A stretch of DNA of 64,000 bases from Candidatus Latescibacterota bacterium (lineage in GTDB: Bacteria; Latescibacterota; UBA2968). Each line of letters begins with the position of its first letter. Position 1 is the stretch's first letter. The stretch is taken from assembly GCA_965205975.1 (NCBI GenBank), contig OZ242195.1, positions 3,168,001 to 3,232,000 on the forward strand, written 5' to 3'. A program made the position numbers and the translations under genes. The notes below the pieces were generated by a model. The model saw only the letters and a list, made by a program, of their open reading frames with translations. It had not been told where the DNA came from and ran no database searches. Below, one piece after another: positions 48,010-58,625 of this stretch.

Positions 48010-49506
48010 TTACGGCTCGATCAGCTTATAGAACTCTATCGCCCCATTGACAATGCGGTTGATAACCGCACTCTTGGTCGTATGTCGATTTTCGTCATAA
48101 TGCGAAATAACCGTTGCCCCACTGTAATCCCTCGTCGCTACAATCTCATCGCGAATCGCCATCGGTGTCAACTCCTTCGCCCGAAGCATCGCCAGAGCCA
48201 CCAATCTCAGGGCATCGTATCCCAGCGCACCACCCCCGTCTGGCGCAACGCCAAACATCGCCGTGTACGCATCAATAAAACGATGGGCGTCTTCGCTCAA
48301 ATCGCCCGGTGCAACTTTGGATGAGAAAAACGTACTGAAAAAACTCCCTTCAAGAATCTCACCACTCGTGGCAACCAAATCAGCGTTATCCCAACTATCG
48401 CCGCCGAGAAGAATCCCCGTAATGCCGAGTGCTTTTGCCTGTTGAACCACCAGTGGAATTTCGGATGAGAAACCCGGCAGAAAAAACACATCCGGTGCCG
48501 ATTCCGCAACCGGGGTCAATTGCGCGGTAAAATCGGTATCCCCCTGCATGTAAAACTGCGCGTGTACAACCTCGCCTCCATAAGCAGTAAAATTGTCAAC
48601 AAAAGTTTGCGCCAATCCCTCCGAATACAGAGACCCTTTGCGCGCGAGAACAGCCGCGGTCTTTGCCCCCAAATCCTCAATGGCAAACTGAGCCATCACC
48701 TTACCCTGAAAATCGTCGGTAAAAGCCGCCATAAACACAAAATCACCCGCAGCAGTAACCGTTGGATTGGTCGCCGTAGTAGTCACCATCGGTATCCCAT
48801 GGCTTTGTGCGACCGCTCCGGCAGCCACTGCAAAAATCGAGCGATTGGGACCCGCAATTGCCGACACCCCCTCTCTGGTAATCAATTCCTCGGCTATCTC
48901 TGCGGCGTGTTCGGGATCGCTTATATCTCCCCGCGACACAATTTCGATGGGCATACCACGCACACCACCCATCTCGTTCAATTGCATCGCCGCCAATTCA
49001 GCACCTCTCAGCGTATTGCTACGCGTTGGTGCAGTGTACATAAAACCGATCTTGACCGTAAGCAACGCCGAATGCGCGACACGCACCCGCCCACCAATGG
49101 GCAAATCGAGCATCACTTCATACCCGCCATTAATCGGAATACTCGACCATGAACCGATCTCTCGCCCATCTATCGACGCACGCGCTTGATAATAACCCGT
49201 CACATCGCCCGATGTAATCTCAACACGCGCCCGACCATTCTCATCTGTCACCCCCGACCACTGATAATCTGCCGCCTGCCCTGCAATAGAACGCGAAAAT
49301 TCCACCTTCGCCCAAATCACAGGTGCGCCATCTCGAAGCACAGTCGCCACCACCACAGCATGCGACGCACTCGTCTGCACAGCCAACTTACTCAGCGGAC
49401 GTCCAACCTGCTCCTCTCCCTCTACCATCTGCGACTGCATCACCTGCTCGCCGCCACAGCCCCACACCATCCCTATCGCCAACACACAAAAAAAACCTCG
49501 CAACAC
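48010..49506 (-). CDS. Branched-chain amino acid-type ABC substrate-binding lipoprotein with extra N-terminal module
   Basis: VWGC lipobox, ATNPTVT, FTDDFQG, DFTAQL, GGDSW, ALGYDA. Confidence 0.88.
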   Translation of the reverse strand: MLRGFFCVLAIGMVWGCGGEQVMQSQMVEGEEQVGRPLSKLAVQTSASHAVVVATVLRDGAPVIWAKVEFSRSIAGQAADYQWSGVTDENGRARVEITSGDVTGYYQARASIDGREIGSWSSIPINGGYEVMLDLPIGGRVRVAHSALLTVKIGFMYTAPTRSNTLRGAELAAMQLNEMGGVRGMPIEIVSRGDISDPEHAAEIAEELITREGVSAIAGPNRSIFAVAAGAVAQSHGIPMVTTTATNPTVTAAGDFVFMAAFTDDFQGKVMAQFAIEDLGAKTAAVLARKGSLYSEGLAQTFVDNFTAYGGEVVHAQFYMQGDTDFTAQLTPVAESAPDVFFLPGFSSEIPLVVQQAKALGITGILLGGDSWDNADLVATSGEILEGSFFSTFFSSKVAPGDLSEDAHRFIDAYTAMFGVAPDGGGALGYDALRLVALAMLRAKELTPMAIRDEIVATRDYSGATVISHYDENRHTTKSAVINRIVNGAIEFYKLIEP

Positions 49507-49523
49507 AAAAACCTCCTGACACC

Positions 49524-50360
49524 CTATGTCTCAAGCCGCGCCCACGCAGTCACATGCGGCGGCAAGAGAAGCGGGCGTTTCGATACCCTGATCTCTTCCC
49601 AAATCCGATCTGATAGTGTATCCACATCGACCTCTTCAGCAGTCGCAATTCCAAACTCCTCCATAAGCGGGACCAGACTGCGAAAGGCATTGGCAATAAA
49701 ATCGTACCCAGCCCACGATTCTGCGCCCCCCAATGGCGCTACAAAATGCAAAACAGGCGCAGATAAACCGGCATCCAAAAACGTGCGATGGAGATCCATG
49801 CCCATTTCAGTATGCGCCCCTGAATGTTGAAACACTGCAATTCCCCATTCAACCAGCTTGTTCATAAGCGGCGTATCTGAACGAGAAATCGATACATAAG
49901 GCGTAAAATCCACCTCCTGAAAGGCGACAATCCCCCCCGGGCGCAAGTGCCTTGTGAGTTGTTTCAACGCCTCTGCGGGATCAGACATATACATAAGAAC
50001 GAGACGCCCGACCACCGCATCGAAATCTCCCCCCACATCCAGGGTTCGGGCATCTCCCGCTATGAACTGGATATTTTCAAAGCCCAGTTTTCTCACCCTT
50101 GCCTGGGCCGTCTCGAGAATCGCCGCATTGACATCCACACCCACGACTTCCCCCTCTGCACCGACCAACTCGGCTGCCGCCATCGCAACATCTCCGGCAC
50201 CGCTCCCCACATCGAGAACCCGCATCCCGCTAACCAGACCCGCCTCCTGAAAAAAACGTCGCGTCACAGCCTCGTAGAGTTGTGACTGCTGAATCAAACG
50301 CTCCGTCTCCCCTTCACTGCGCCCCATCGTATATCTCGGATCGCTCTTCGAATCGCTCAT
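49524..50360 (-). CDS. Class I SAM-dependent methyltransferase
   Basis: RVLDVGSGAG, FDAVVGRLVL, LRPGG. Confidence 0.92.
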   Translation of the reverse strand: MSDSKSDPRYTMGRSEGETERLIQQSQLYEAVTRRFFQEAGLVSGMRVLDVGSGAGDVAMAAAELVGAEGEVVGVDVNAAILETAQARVRKLGFENIQFIAGDARTLDVGGDFDAVVGRLVLMYMSDPAEALKQLTRHLRPGGIVAFQEVDFTPYVSISRSDTPLMNKLVEWGIAVFQHSGAHTEMGMDLHRTFLDAGLSAPVLHFVAPLGGAESWAGYDFIANAFRSLVPLMEEFGIATAEEVDVDTLSDRIWEEIRVSKRPLLLPPHVTAWARLET

Positions 50361-50451
50361 CTTACTTCACCCTCCTCAAAAAATTAAAAAAACACCATGA
50401 CAGCCACTCAATAATCAACTACATTTGCATTAAATATAAGGAGAAATATAC

Positions 50452-53364
50452 ATGTTACCCCGAATATTTTTTATCCTTTGTCTTATTCTCAGCATCCCCA
50501 TTTCGGCCTTTGCCCAACTCACGATTAGAGGCACAGTCACCGACGAGCGAGGCGAGGGCCTACTCGGTGCCAATATCATTGTCATCGGCACCACATCTGG
50601 CACCAGCACTGATGCCCAGGGCAATTTCGCGCTATATGTGCCAGAGCCAGAAGCGGAAACCACCATCGAAGCGCGTTTTGTAGGCTATAAATCCGCCAGA
50701 CAAACCATTCGCCAGAACAACGGACTTGCGGAAGTCTCTTTTCAACTCAGCGTAGATGCCTTGCAATTTGACGAAATCGTCGTCACCGGCCTTTCCGTTG
50801 CAACCAGCAAAAAACAACTGGGAAATGCCCTATCCACCCTGAACATTCGCCAATTGGAATCGACTGGCGCCACATCCCTCGACAAAGCCTTGACCGGTAA
50901 ATTAGCCGGTGCCCTCATTCAGCAAAATTCGGGTAACCCAGCTGGCGGCGTAACCATCCGTCTGCGCGGAACCGGTACCGTCCTGGGCGATGCCGACCCC
51001 CTCTATGTGGTAGATGGCGTCATTGTGAACAACGATTCCCCCGAACTCATCCGCCTGGGCGGTGGGGCGCAAAACCGCCTCATCGATCTCAACCCAAACG
51101 ACGTAGAACGCATTGAAATCGTAAAAGGCGCCGCTGCCGCAGCCCTCTACGGATCGCGTGCAAACAACGGCGTCGTACAAATATTTACAAAACGCGGCGC
51201 ACAGGGCAAGCCTCGCATAACCTATACCTCTCGTATTTCAACATCTAAAATACGCAAAACACTGCCTGTAAATCGGGCAACCGTTGACAATAGGGGAAAT
51301 AAAAATCCCGATGGCTCCGATGTGCAACGCTTTGACCATCAGGACTTCATCTTTAGACGCGCCGTGGGAATAGAGCACTATGCGTCGGTTTCGGGAGGGT
51401 CTGGCAATACCCGTTATTTTGCCTCTGGATCCTATCTCGCCGATCAAGGCGTGATTGAAAACACATTGTTTCGGCGGATTAGTGCCCGAACGCGCATTGA
51501 CCAGAATTTGTCGAACTGGTTGACCTTATCTGTAGGAGGAAATTTCGTATTTAGCAAAAGCAATGACATCCCCAACGGCGGGCTAAATTCAAACTACGGC
51601 GCAATGACAGGTTTTATTTTTGGTCCCAATACCTATAATCTCACACCCGACCCCGCGACCGGTGCTTATCCGGACGACGGCGTTCTCGCCAACCCCCTCG
51701 AAGTCATTGATCAATATGATTTCTCACAAGAAATCACGCGCTATATAGGAAACGCACGGATAGATGCAACCCCACTATCTGGATTGAGCATCGACTATAC
51801 TCTGGGCATCGATTCTTACGACCAGACAGCCATCGCATTTATCCCTACCGGCACCTCTGCGCCGGGCCTGGCAAATGGTCTTTCTCGAAGAGCCGTATTC
51901 GATTTTTTGCAACTCAACAACGACCTCAACATCAGATACCAGCGACATATATTTCCCAATGTACAATCAACCACGCGAATCGGCGGAACCCTGCAATACG
52001 AAAAAGGAGAAAACTTCAGCGCGGAAGCCAAAGATCTGAGTCCCGTTTCAGAAGTCGTATCGAGCGGTGCAAACGTCGTCGCGGGCGAATTTAGAAGCAA
52101 AAAGGCCATTTATGGCGGATTTATCCAGCAAACCTTTGGGATCGCCAACCGTCTTTTTGTCACGGCTGCTGCCCGCATCGACGCCTCCTCGGTCTATGAC
52201 GCGGATAATCGCTGGCAATTTTATCCAAAAGCGAGTGCCTCCTACCTCATTTCAGATACGGGCTTTTGGCAAAATAGCGCACTTCAAAACATCTTTCCAG
52301 ACTTCAAATTGCGGGCCTCCATAGGCACTTCAGGAGGTCAAACAGCCATTGGGCCGTATGACCGCCTGACCAATTACAATACATCCTCTTATAACGGCAA
52401 CCCCGGCCTGGTGCCCAGCACGCAACTCGGCGGAACGATCAAACCCGAAAGACAGCGGGAAATTGAAATAGGGACGGATTTTAGTCTCCTGTCCAATCGC
52501 CTGGGCATAGAACTGACCTATTACGATCAGCATATCGACGACTTGTTGCTATTCCGCACATTATCTCCCTCCACAGGTCACTCGCGTGCCCTGCAAAATG
52601 TCGGCACTATGGACAATACCGGGCTGGAATTCCTCGTGCGTGCCATTCCGCTTGCACGCCCCAATCTCCGCTGGGAATCGACCTTCACGTATTCGACCAA
52701 CAAAAACAAAGTCGATGGCATTGAGGGCGGGCGATTGATCATCCCAAATTCGTTTTCCCAGGTCTCGGCCATCAACGGCGAACCCCTCGGGGTTTTCTTC
52801 AGCACGGCTTTTGAACGCGATGCCCAGGGCAATATCGCAAACGACGAAAACAATCTCCCGATACAAGCGGCTGATCGCAAAATTATTGGAGACCCCAACC
52901 CGGACTTTACCACTTCATGGATCAATCAAATCGCCGTGGGGCAAAACTGGTCATTTCGCATGCAATGGGACGCCATCATAGGTGGCGATGTATTCAATTT
53001 TACCAGACGCCTGGCCGCATTGAGCGCATTCGGCGTTTTAACAGACTATGAACGCGAATTAAACGGCGAACTCCCCTCTGGCTATAATTCGCGGGTCTTC
53101 CGAATTTTTGAACAATGGATTGAAGATGGATCCTTTGTGAAATTGCGCGAACTATCCGCGTCTTATCGCTGGCAGCCCCAATTTTTGGGATTGAGCAGCA
53201 TTCAATTGAGCCTGATTGGACGCAATTTGCTTTCCATAGACGACTACAGCGGTTACGATCCGGAAACCAACATCGCTGGACAGCGCACCGCAGTGCGCGG
53301 ATTTGACTTCGTAGAAGTGCCCATCCCGCGCAGTATTGCATTCCGTATAAGTTTGAACCACTAA
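50452..53364 (+). CDS. SusC/RagA-family TonB-linked outer membrane protein
   Basis: PLYVVDGV, IEIVKGAAAAALYGSRANNGVVQIFTKRG, EDGSFVKLRE. Confidence 0.95.
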   Translation: MLPRIFFILCLILSIPISAFAQLTIRGTVTDERGEGLLGANIIVIGTTSGTSTDAQGNFALYVPEPEAETTIEARFVGYKSARQTIRQNNGLAEVSFQLSVDALQFDEIVVTGLSVATSKKQLGNALSTLNIRQLESTGATSLDKALTGKLAGALIQQNSGNPAGGVTIRLRGTGTVLGDADPLYVVDGVIVNNDSPELIRLGGGAQNRLIDLNPNDVERIEIVKGAAAAALYGSRANNGVVQIFTKRGAQGKPRITYTSRISTSKIRKTLPVNRATVDNRGNKNPDGSDVQRFDHQDFIFRRAVGIEHYASVSGGSGNTRYFASGSYLADQGVIENTLFRRISARTRIDQNLSNWLTLSVGGNFVFSKSNDIPNGGLNSNYGAMTGFIFGPNTYNLTPDPATGAYPDDGVLANPLEVIDQYDFSQEITRYIGNARIDATPLSGLSIDYTLGIDSYDQTAIAFIPTGTSAPGLANGLSRRAVFDFLQLNNDLNIRYQRHIFPNVQSTTRIGGTLQYEKGENFSAEAKDLSPVSEVVSSGANVVAGEFRSKKAIYGGFIQQTFGIANRLFVTAAARIDASSVYDADNRWQFYPKASASYLISDTGFWQNSALQNIFPDFKLRASIGTSGGQTAIGPYDRLTNYNTSSYNGNPGLVPSTQLGGTIKPERQREIEIGTDFSLLSNRLGIELTYYDQHIDDLLLFRTLSPSTGHSRALQNVGTMDNTGLEFLVRAIPLARPNLRWESTFTYSTNKNKVDGIEGGRLIIPNSFSQVSAINGEPLGVFFSTAFERDAQGNIANDENNLPIQAADRKIIGDPNPDFTTSWINQIAVGQNWSFRMQWDAIIGGDVFNFTRRLAALSAFGVLTDYERELNGELPSGYNSRVFRIFEQWIEDGSFVKLRELSASYRWQPQFLGLSSIQLSLIGRNLLSIDDYSGYDPETNIAGQRTAVRGFDFVEVPIPRSIAFRISLNH

Positions 53365-53378
53365 GCGGAGAAAAGAAT

Positions 53379-54683
53379 ATGAAACCGAGTCGCCTGTATA
53401 TTCTCCCGGCATTGCTGCTCTTTTTTACACAAGGTTGTGATTTAAACATAACAAATCCAAACCAGGCAGTGGAAGAGCGCGTTTTAACCACCAGTGACGG
53501 CATTATCGCACTCGCCATTGGCATGCAACGAGATTACGCGAGTCAGAATGTCGATTCATACATTCGTCATCCAGCAATTACAAGCCGCGAACTTGCGGCA
53601 AATACCACCTTTGCCAACCTCATACAATTAGAGGATGGCCTCAATGCATTGTCTGGCGCGAACAGCGGTGTCAGCGCGATCTGGTTCGAATCATATCGCA
53701 TCATCGGAATAGCCAACGACTTGATCGAAAACGCGCCCAATGTGCAACTTTCGAAAGGTACGCGCAGCGGCATTATTGCACTATCTCAACTTTACAAAGC
53801 GATGTGCCTGGGATTCGTCGCACAGGCTTTTGAGCTTGCACCAACAGATGTACAGGCCGATGGACAAGCCCCTTTTGTGTCCCGGTCTGAAGTATTTGCC
53901 GAAGCGATTCAATTGCTGGACAACGCCCTTCAAACCATCGAGACCACACCGCCATCTGCGCAATTCAACGGAGATATCCTGGGGCAGGGATTCGACCTCT
54001 TAAATACGATTCACGCATATCGGGCGCGCTATAACCTATTCGCGGGAAATTATCCAGCCGCAATTGCAGCCGCCAATGCCGTCAATCCCTCGGCAACTTC
54101 TGTCTATACTTATGAATCCGAAAGCCAGAACCCCATCTACAACCAGGTCTTTGTTGCGGATGATTATGCGCCAAGAGACAATTTCGGAACGCGGGTCACA
54201 GACAGCAACGATGCGAGACTTGCATTTTATCTCATGCCAGACGACCGCCTGAGCAATCCCAACGCCTTGCCGATTGAAACACTATCCGGATTTTGGAACA
54301 CATCCACATCGCCTATCCCGGCATATTTGCCCGGTGAAATGGCCCTGATACGGGCAGAGGCAAGCGCAATGCTGGGAGATATCACAGGTGCAATCGCCGA
54401 AATAGACGCTATTCGAACAAAAACACCCGATCGTGATCCCCTTGGCATTGGGGCATCGCTACCACCCTACAGCGGTCCACAAACCGTCGAGGCCGTGACA
54501 GAAGAAATCTTTCGGCAGCGCAGAGCGGAATTATTCCTGAACGGTACTGGATGGGAAGACAGCAGGCGCCTCGGCCAGCCCGGTCCCTCATCCGACCCCT
54601 TTGAGCGAAATCGAAATTTCTATCCCTATGCTGACCAGGAGCGGTTAAACAACCCCAATACGCCTTCCGATCCCGCAAATTAG
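53379..54683 (+). CDS. SusD/RagB-family lipoprotein
   Basis: TQGC lipobox, EMALIRAEA, RRAELFLNG..W.D.RR; follows SusC. Confidence 0.9.
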   Translation: MKPSRLYILPALLLFFTQGCDLNITNPNQAVEERVLTTSDGIIALAIGMQRDYASQNVDSYIRHPAITSRELAANTTFANLIQLEDGLNALSGANSGVSAIWFESYRIIGIANDLIENAPNVQLSKGTRSGIIALSQLYKAMCLGFVAQAFELAPTDVQADGQAPFVSRSEVFAEAIQLLDNALQTIETTPPSAQFNGDILGQGFDLLNTIHAYRARYNLFAGNYPAAIAAANAVNPSATSVYTYESESQNPIYNQVFVADDYAPRDNFGTRVTDSNDARLAFYLMPDDRLSNPNALPIETLSGFWNTSTSPIPAYLPGEMALIRAEASAMLGDITGAIAEIDAIRTKTPDRDPLGIGASLPPYSGPQTVEAVTEEIFRQRRAELFLNGTGWEDSRRLGQPGPSSDPFERNRNFYPYADQERLNNPNTPSDPAN

Positions 54684-54699
54684 ACTTCTTCATAAAAAA

Positions 54700-54742
54700 A
54701 CAAAAACAGAGGGCTACGCAAAATAGCGTAGCCCTCTGTTTG
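54700..54742. terminator. Bidirectional terminator
   Basis: AAACAGAGGGCTACGC-loop-GCGTAGCCCTCTGTTT. Confidence 0.85.
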
Positions 54743-54770
54743 GGAGAGAGTCTATATTCTTCGCAATATT

Positions 54771-57700
54771 TTAATCCGCCGCCTGCACCGGGTCATCCAT
54801 CCATGCCTCTGACCTCCGAAAACTCACCGCGGCAATCCGCTTCAATAACCCGCGCAAATCATCCAACAAAACGTAAAACAGCGGAATCACAAACAGCGTC
54901 AAAGCCGTTGACACAATCAGCCCGCCCATCATCGTAATCCCCAGCGGCGCGTAGGGCATCCCCATCATCGTACTGCTGCCAATCGCCATGGGCAACAACC
55001 CGAACACCGTCGTGCAGGTCGTCATCAAAATGGGGCGAAAGCGATTGTGACCCGCCGCCATAATTGCCGCCGCGCGATCCATACCCGCCTGGCGCAACCG
55101 ATTGATCATATCGACCAGCACAATCGCATTGTTGACCACCACCCCAATCAGCACAATTGCCCCCACATTCGACATAAAATCCATCGTCGTACCCGTCAAC
55201 CACAACCCCCAGTACACCCCCAAAAAAGAAAACGGAATCGAAAAAATCACAGCAAAAGGCAAAATAACCGACTCAAACAACACGCCCATCAACAAAAACA
55301 CAAAAACGACCGCCATAATCACAGCAAATGTCATCGCCTGGCTTTCCCTGCTGTATTGCGAATACCGCTCGCCCTTGTTCCACTCATACCCCCTCGGCAG
55401 CGTGAACCCCTCCATCACCCGATCAATCTCCTGATACAACCCTTCCACATCATCCTTGGTCGTATAAACGCGCACGCGCAACCGGTTGCGACCATTATGC
55501 CTGAAAATATGGCCTGGACCTTTGGTTATTTCAAAAGTTGCAAAACTCGACAACGGCAACTTTTCCCCCGTATCGGTCACAAACATAAAATTCTTCAACT
55601 GCGCCAGCGATTGCCGGTCGGATTCATCCAAAATCAGTTGCACATTCACCTCGTGATCATCCGTCTGAAACCGCGGCAACGTTGCACCGCGCAGTTGATA
55701 TGCCAGTGTGCGGCTGATCCGCTCTGCCGGAATACCGTGCTTTTTTGCCTGTGCGCGGTTCACGCGAATGCGAATCTCGTCTTTGCCAAACTCCAGGTCG
55801 CTTTGCAAACTCGTCACCGATGGAATCTGCTGCAACCGCCGCTCCACTTCCCCCAGCATATCTTCTAATTTTTCAAAATCAGGACCGTACAAATACACGC
55901 GCACATAGGGATCGCGCCCGCCCGAATTTCTGGATTCCACCGACACCCGAAACCCCACATAGCGCGGCACCTCCTTATTCAACTCGTCAATGATCTCTTG
56001 TCGCGTCATCCACCGCTCAATGGGAAAGCCAGTCAAATTGCATACCCAACGATACACAGCATACCACCACTCTTGATGGGGATCTTCCTCGAGATTCATT
56101 CGCAAATTGATATATCCGCGCCGAAAATACGTCATAACATTTTTGATCTTATACCTATCCCGCCGCTCATTCACATACACTTCCAGATCGGTCGCAATTT
56201 CATCCATCTCTTCCAGCGAAAAATTATTGGGACCATACATGCGAATGGTCACGCGATTAGAAGAAAAACGCATCTGATCGGTCTTCTTCACATTTTGATA
56301 TGGAAAATAAATGGTGGCAAACAAAACCAGCACCATGAGAAACGCATCTCGCCGATGGTGAATAACCCAGTTCAAACCGCGCCGATAAATGCGGCGGACA
56401 AAAGCGATGGACTTTGGATCTGACCGCACAACAGCATCGCCAAAGCGCTGGGCAGCCAGGGGAATAAACAACAGTGCCACAAACAGAGACGCCACCAGCG
56501 CAAACACCACGGGCATCCCAATTTTCGACAGCAAAAACTTCATATCAAAGCTGTCATTCATTAGCATCATCGGCAAAAACACCACCACAGTGGTCAGCGT
56601 CGCCATCGTAATCGCCAGCCCCACCTCGCTCGCCCCGTGGATAGATGCACCGCGCGGATCTTTACCCTCTGCCCGCAAGCGATAAATATTCTCCACAATC
56701 ACAATCGCATTATCCACCACCATACCCACCCCCACCATCAACCCCATCATCGTCAACAAATTGAGCGACCACCCCATAAAATAAAGCACGGTAATCGTCA
56801 TCATCACACACAGCGGAATGGACAGCGTAATCAGCGCCGTCATACGCAAAGCGCGCAGAAAAAACAACAACACCAGCGCCGCAAACAACCCGCCCCAAAG
56901 TCCCGTGACTTTCAAATTGTCCATCGAATCTTCTATCAACTTGCCCTCGCTGTAAAACAGGCGAAACACCGCAGGCGTATTGGCCTCAATCTCTTCCATT
57001 TTCATCACAATCCGCTTGCACAAATCGACAATATTCTCACCCGACTCCTTATATATATCCAGGCCCAGATTGCGCTGCCCATCCACGCGCCACACCCGCT
57101 CTCGCGGCGGCGCAGCATACACCACATCTGCCACATCCCTCAGGCGCACCTGCGTGCTGCTGTAACGGCTCTGAACAACAATATCCTCAATCTCCTTCAG
57201 ACTTTGATAATGCGCCAGGGATCGCACGTAAAATCGCTTACCTCCCTCCTGCACATGACCGCCAGACAGGGAAAAATTGTCCTGCTGCAACGACGCCACA
57301 AGCTCGTGGGTCTCAATACCGTGCGTTCGCAACCGCTCTTGATCCACCAGAATCAAAACCTCCTTATTCTCAAACCCCCACACACTGGTCTTCGCCACCC
57401 CATCAATCCGCTCAATTGGATCGAGAACATGGGTTTGAACCCATTGCTCCTTATCGACAATATCCTCCGGAATAGACAACCCCGTCCAGATCACCTCGGA
57501 ATCGGTTTCCTGATTCCACGAATACACCTTTATCTGATCGCGCACTTCTTCGGGCAAATCGAGCCTGGCGTGCTCGAGCCGATCTGCCACGCGAACATAC
57601 GCCTCGCGCATATCTGTGCCCCGGTGAAATTTCAACTCAACGCCTGCCCACGGATCGCCGGCAAAAGCGTAAATATCGCTGAGTTCTCTCACCGTACGCA

Positions 57701-57941
57701 TATGTCGTTCCATCGGCAGCGCAATGGTATTAAATCGCTCTTGAACCGACGCATTTTCTGTGGCCACATCCACCCAAAACCGATTCCAGTCATTGCCCGA
57801 CGCCCATGCCTGAATGGGAATGCGCCAATACGCCACCAGCCCAATCACCATCAACCCCACCAAACACATCGTCACCGTCACCGGCCGCGTCACCGAAATC
57901 CTGGGCAAAAGCGATGTTCTCTTCTCATTCTTCTCAGCCAT
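54771..57941 (-). CDS. RND efflux permease (AcrB/MdtC family)
   Basis: 1056 aa, GMVVDNAIVIVENI, GVVVNNAIVLVD, RFRPILMT. Confidence 0.93.
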   Translation of the reverse strand: MAEKNEKRTSLLPRISVTRPVTVTMCLVGLMVIGLVAYWRIPIQAWASGNDWNRFWVDVATENASVQERFNTIALPMERHMRTVRELSDIYAFAGDPWAGVELKFHRGTDMREAYVRVADRLEHARLDLPEEVRDQIKVYSWNQETDSEVIWTGLSIPEDIVDKEQWVQTHVLDPIERIDGVAKTSVWGFENKEVLILVDQERLRTHGIETHELVASLQQDNFSLSGGHVQEGGKRFYVRSLAHYQSLKEIEDIVVQSRYSSTQVRLRDVADVVYAAPPRERVWRVDGQRNLGLDIYKESGENIVDLCKRIVMKMEEIEANTPAVFRLFYSEGKLIEDSMDNLKVTGLWGGLFAALVLLFFLRALRMTALITLSIPLCVMMTITVLYFMGWSLNLLTMMGLMVGVGMVVDNAIVIVENIYRLRAEGKDPRGASIHGASEVGLAITMATLTTVVVFLPMMLMNDSFDMKFLLSKIGMPVVFALVASLFVALLFIPLAAQRFGDAVVRSDPKSIAFVRRIYRRGLNWVIHHRRDAFLMVLVLFATIYFPYQNVKKTDQMRFSSNRVTIRMYGPNNFSLEEMDEIATDLEVYVNERRDRYKIKNVMTYFRRGYINLRMNLEEDPHQEWWYAVYRWVCNLTGFPIERWMTRQEIIDELNKEVPRYVGFRVSVESRNSGGRDPYVRVYLYGPDFEKLEDMLGEVERRLQQIPSVTSLQSDLEFGKDEIRIRVNRAQAKKHGIPAERISRTLAYQLRGATLPRFQTDDHEVNVQLILDESDRQSLAQLKNFMFVTDTGEKLPLSSFATFEITKGPGHIFRHNGRNRLRVRVYTTKDDVEGLYQEIDRVMEGFTLPRGYEWNKGERYSQYSRESQAMTFAVIMAVVFVFLLMGVLFESVILPFAVIFSIPFSFLGVYWGLWLTGTTMDFMSNVGAIVLIGVVVNNAIVLVDMINRLRQAGMDRAAAIMAAGHNRFRPILMTTCTTVFGLLPMAIGSSTMMGMPYAPLGITMMGGLIVSTALTLFVIPLFYVLLDDLRGLLKRIAAVSFRRSEAWMDDPVQAAD

Positions 57942-58122
57942 TTATATCCTCCGAATGGTATCCCATCTCTCACCTCTCACCTATATAGACACACCCCAGA
58001 ACCATCCGGTTTTCTTTTGGGCAAAAAAAAATCCGCATATGCGGATTTATAAAAGTTACAGCGGGATTGGCGATATCAATGTCCAGAAATACGAGTCTCC
58101 TGCTTTCAAGAAATGTCTGGTG

Positions 58123-58473
58123 TTATTTGATCAGCAACCCAGCGACGGCACAGACCGCAATAACAGCAGCAATGACACAAGAAATTTGCCAATTGCGCGT
58201 GTTGCCAAACTCCTGCTTTGCCGATTGTATTTCTTGTTTTAGTTCATTCCGTAAGTCCCGAAACCCTGCATCCATTCTACTGTTGACGTCGTCGATCTTG
58301 TCAAACAAGCGATTTATAGCTTGTGTCAATTCGCTTTTGGTATTGTCAGAATCGGTTTGCATACGTTCAACGCGCTTGTCGAATTGGTCAAATTGCCCTT
58401 TGAGTTCTGCTTGTTCCTTTTCAACTGCTTCAATCGCCATTTTGCCCTCTTCATCGAGTTTAAATTTAAGCAC
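58123..58473 (-). CDS. Small coiled-coil protein with C-terminal membrane anchor (DUF1640/CCDC90-like)
   Basis: Heptad-rich charged helix ending VIAAVIAVCAVAGLL. Confidence 0.6.
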   Translation of the reverse strand: MLKFKLDEEGKMAIEAVEKEQAELKGQFDQFDKRVERMQTDSDNTKSELTQAINRLFDKIDDVNSRMDAGFRDLRNELKQEIQSAKQEFGNTRNWQISCVIAAVIAVCAVAGLLIK

Positions 58474-58582
58474 TTATAAGGCGTGACCTCTTCGACTATC
58501 TGATCGCCTCTTCGCAAAAATTACCCGATAAAGGTTACATTGTCCAGCGATATTTTGTTTATTGCACTCGCTTGCTATCCGC

Positions 58583-58623
58583 CACTTCACCCTTCACCCT
58601 TCATCCTTCACCCTTCACACTTC
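58583..58623. repeat. Heptamer tandem repeat (CCTTCAC family)
   Basis: cacttcacccttcacccttcatccttcacccttcacacttc. Confidence 0.75.
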
Positions 58624-58625
58624 CT

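Noticed and set aside
56637..58052. 471-aa plus-strand ORF
   Set aside because: Antisense shadow of the RND permease
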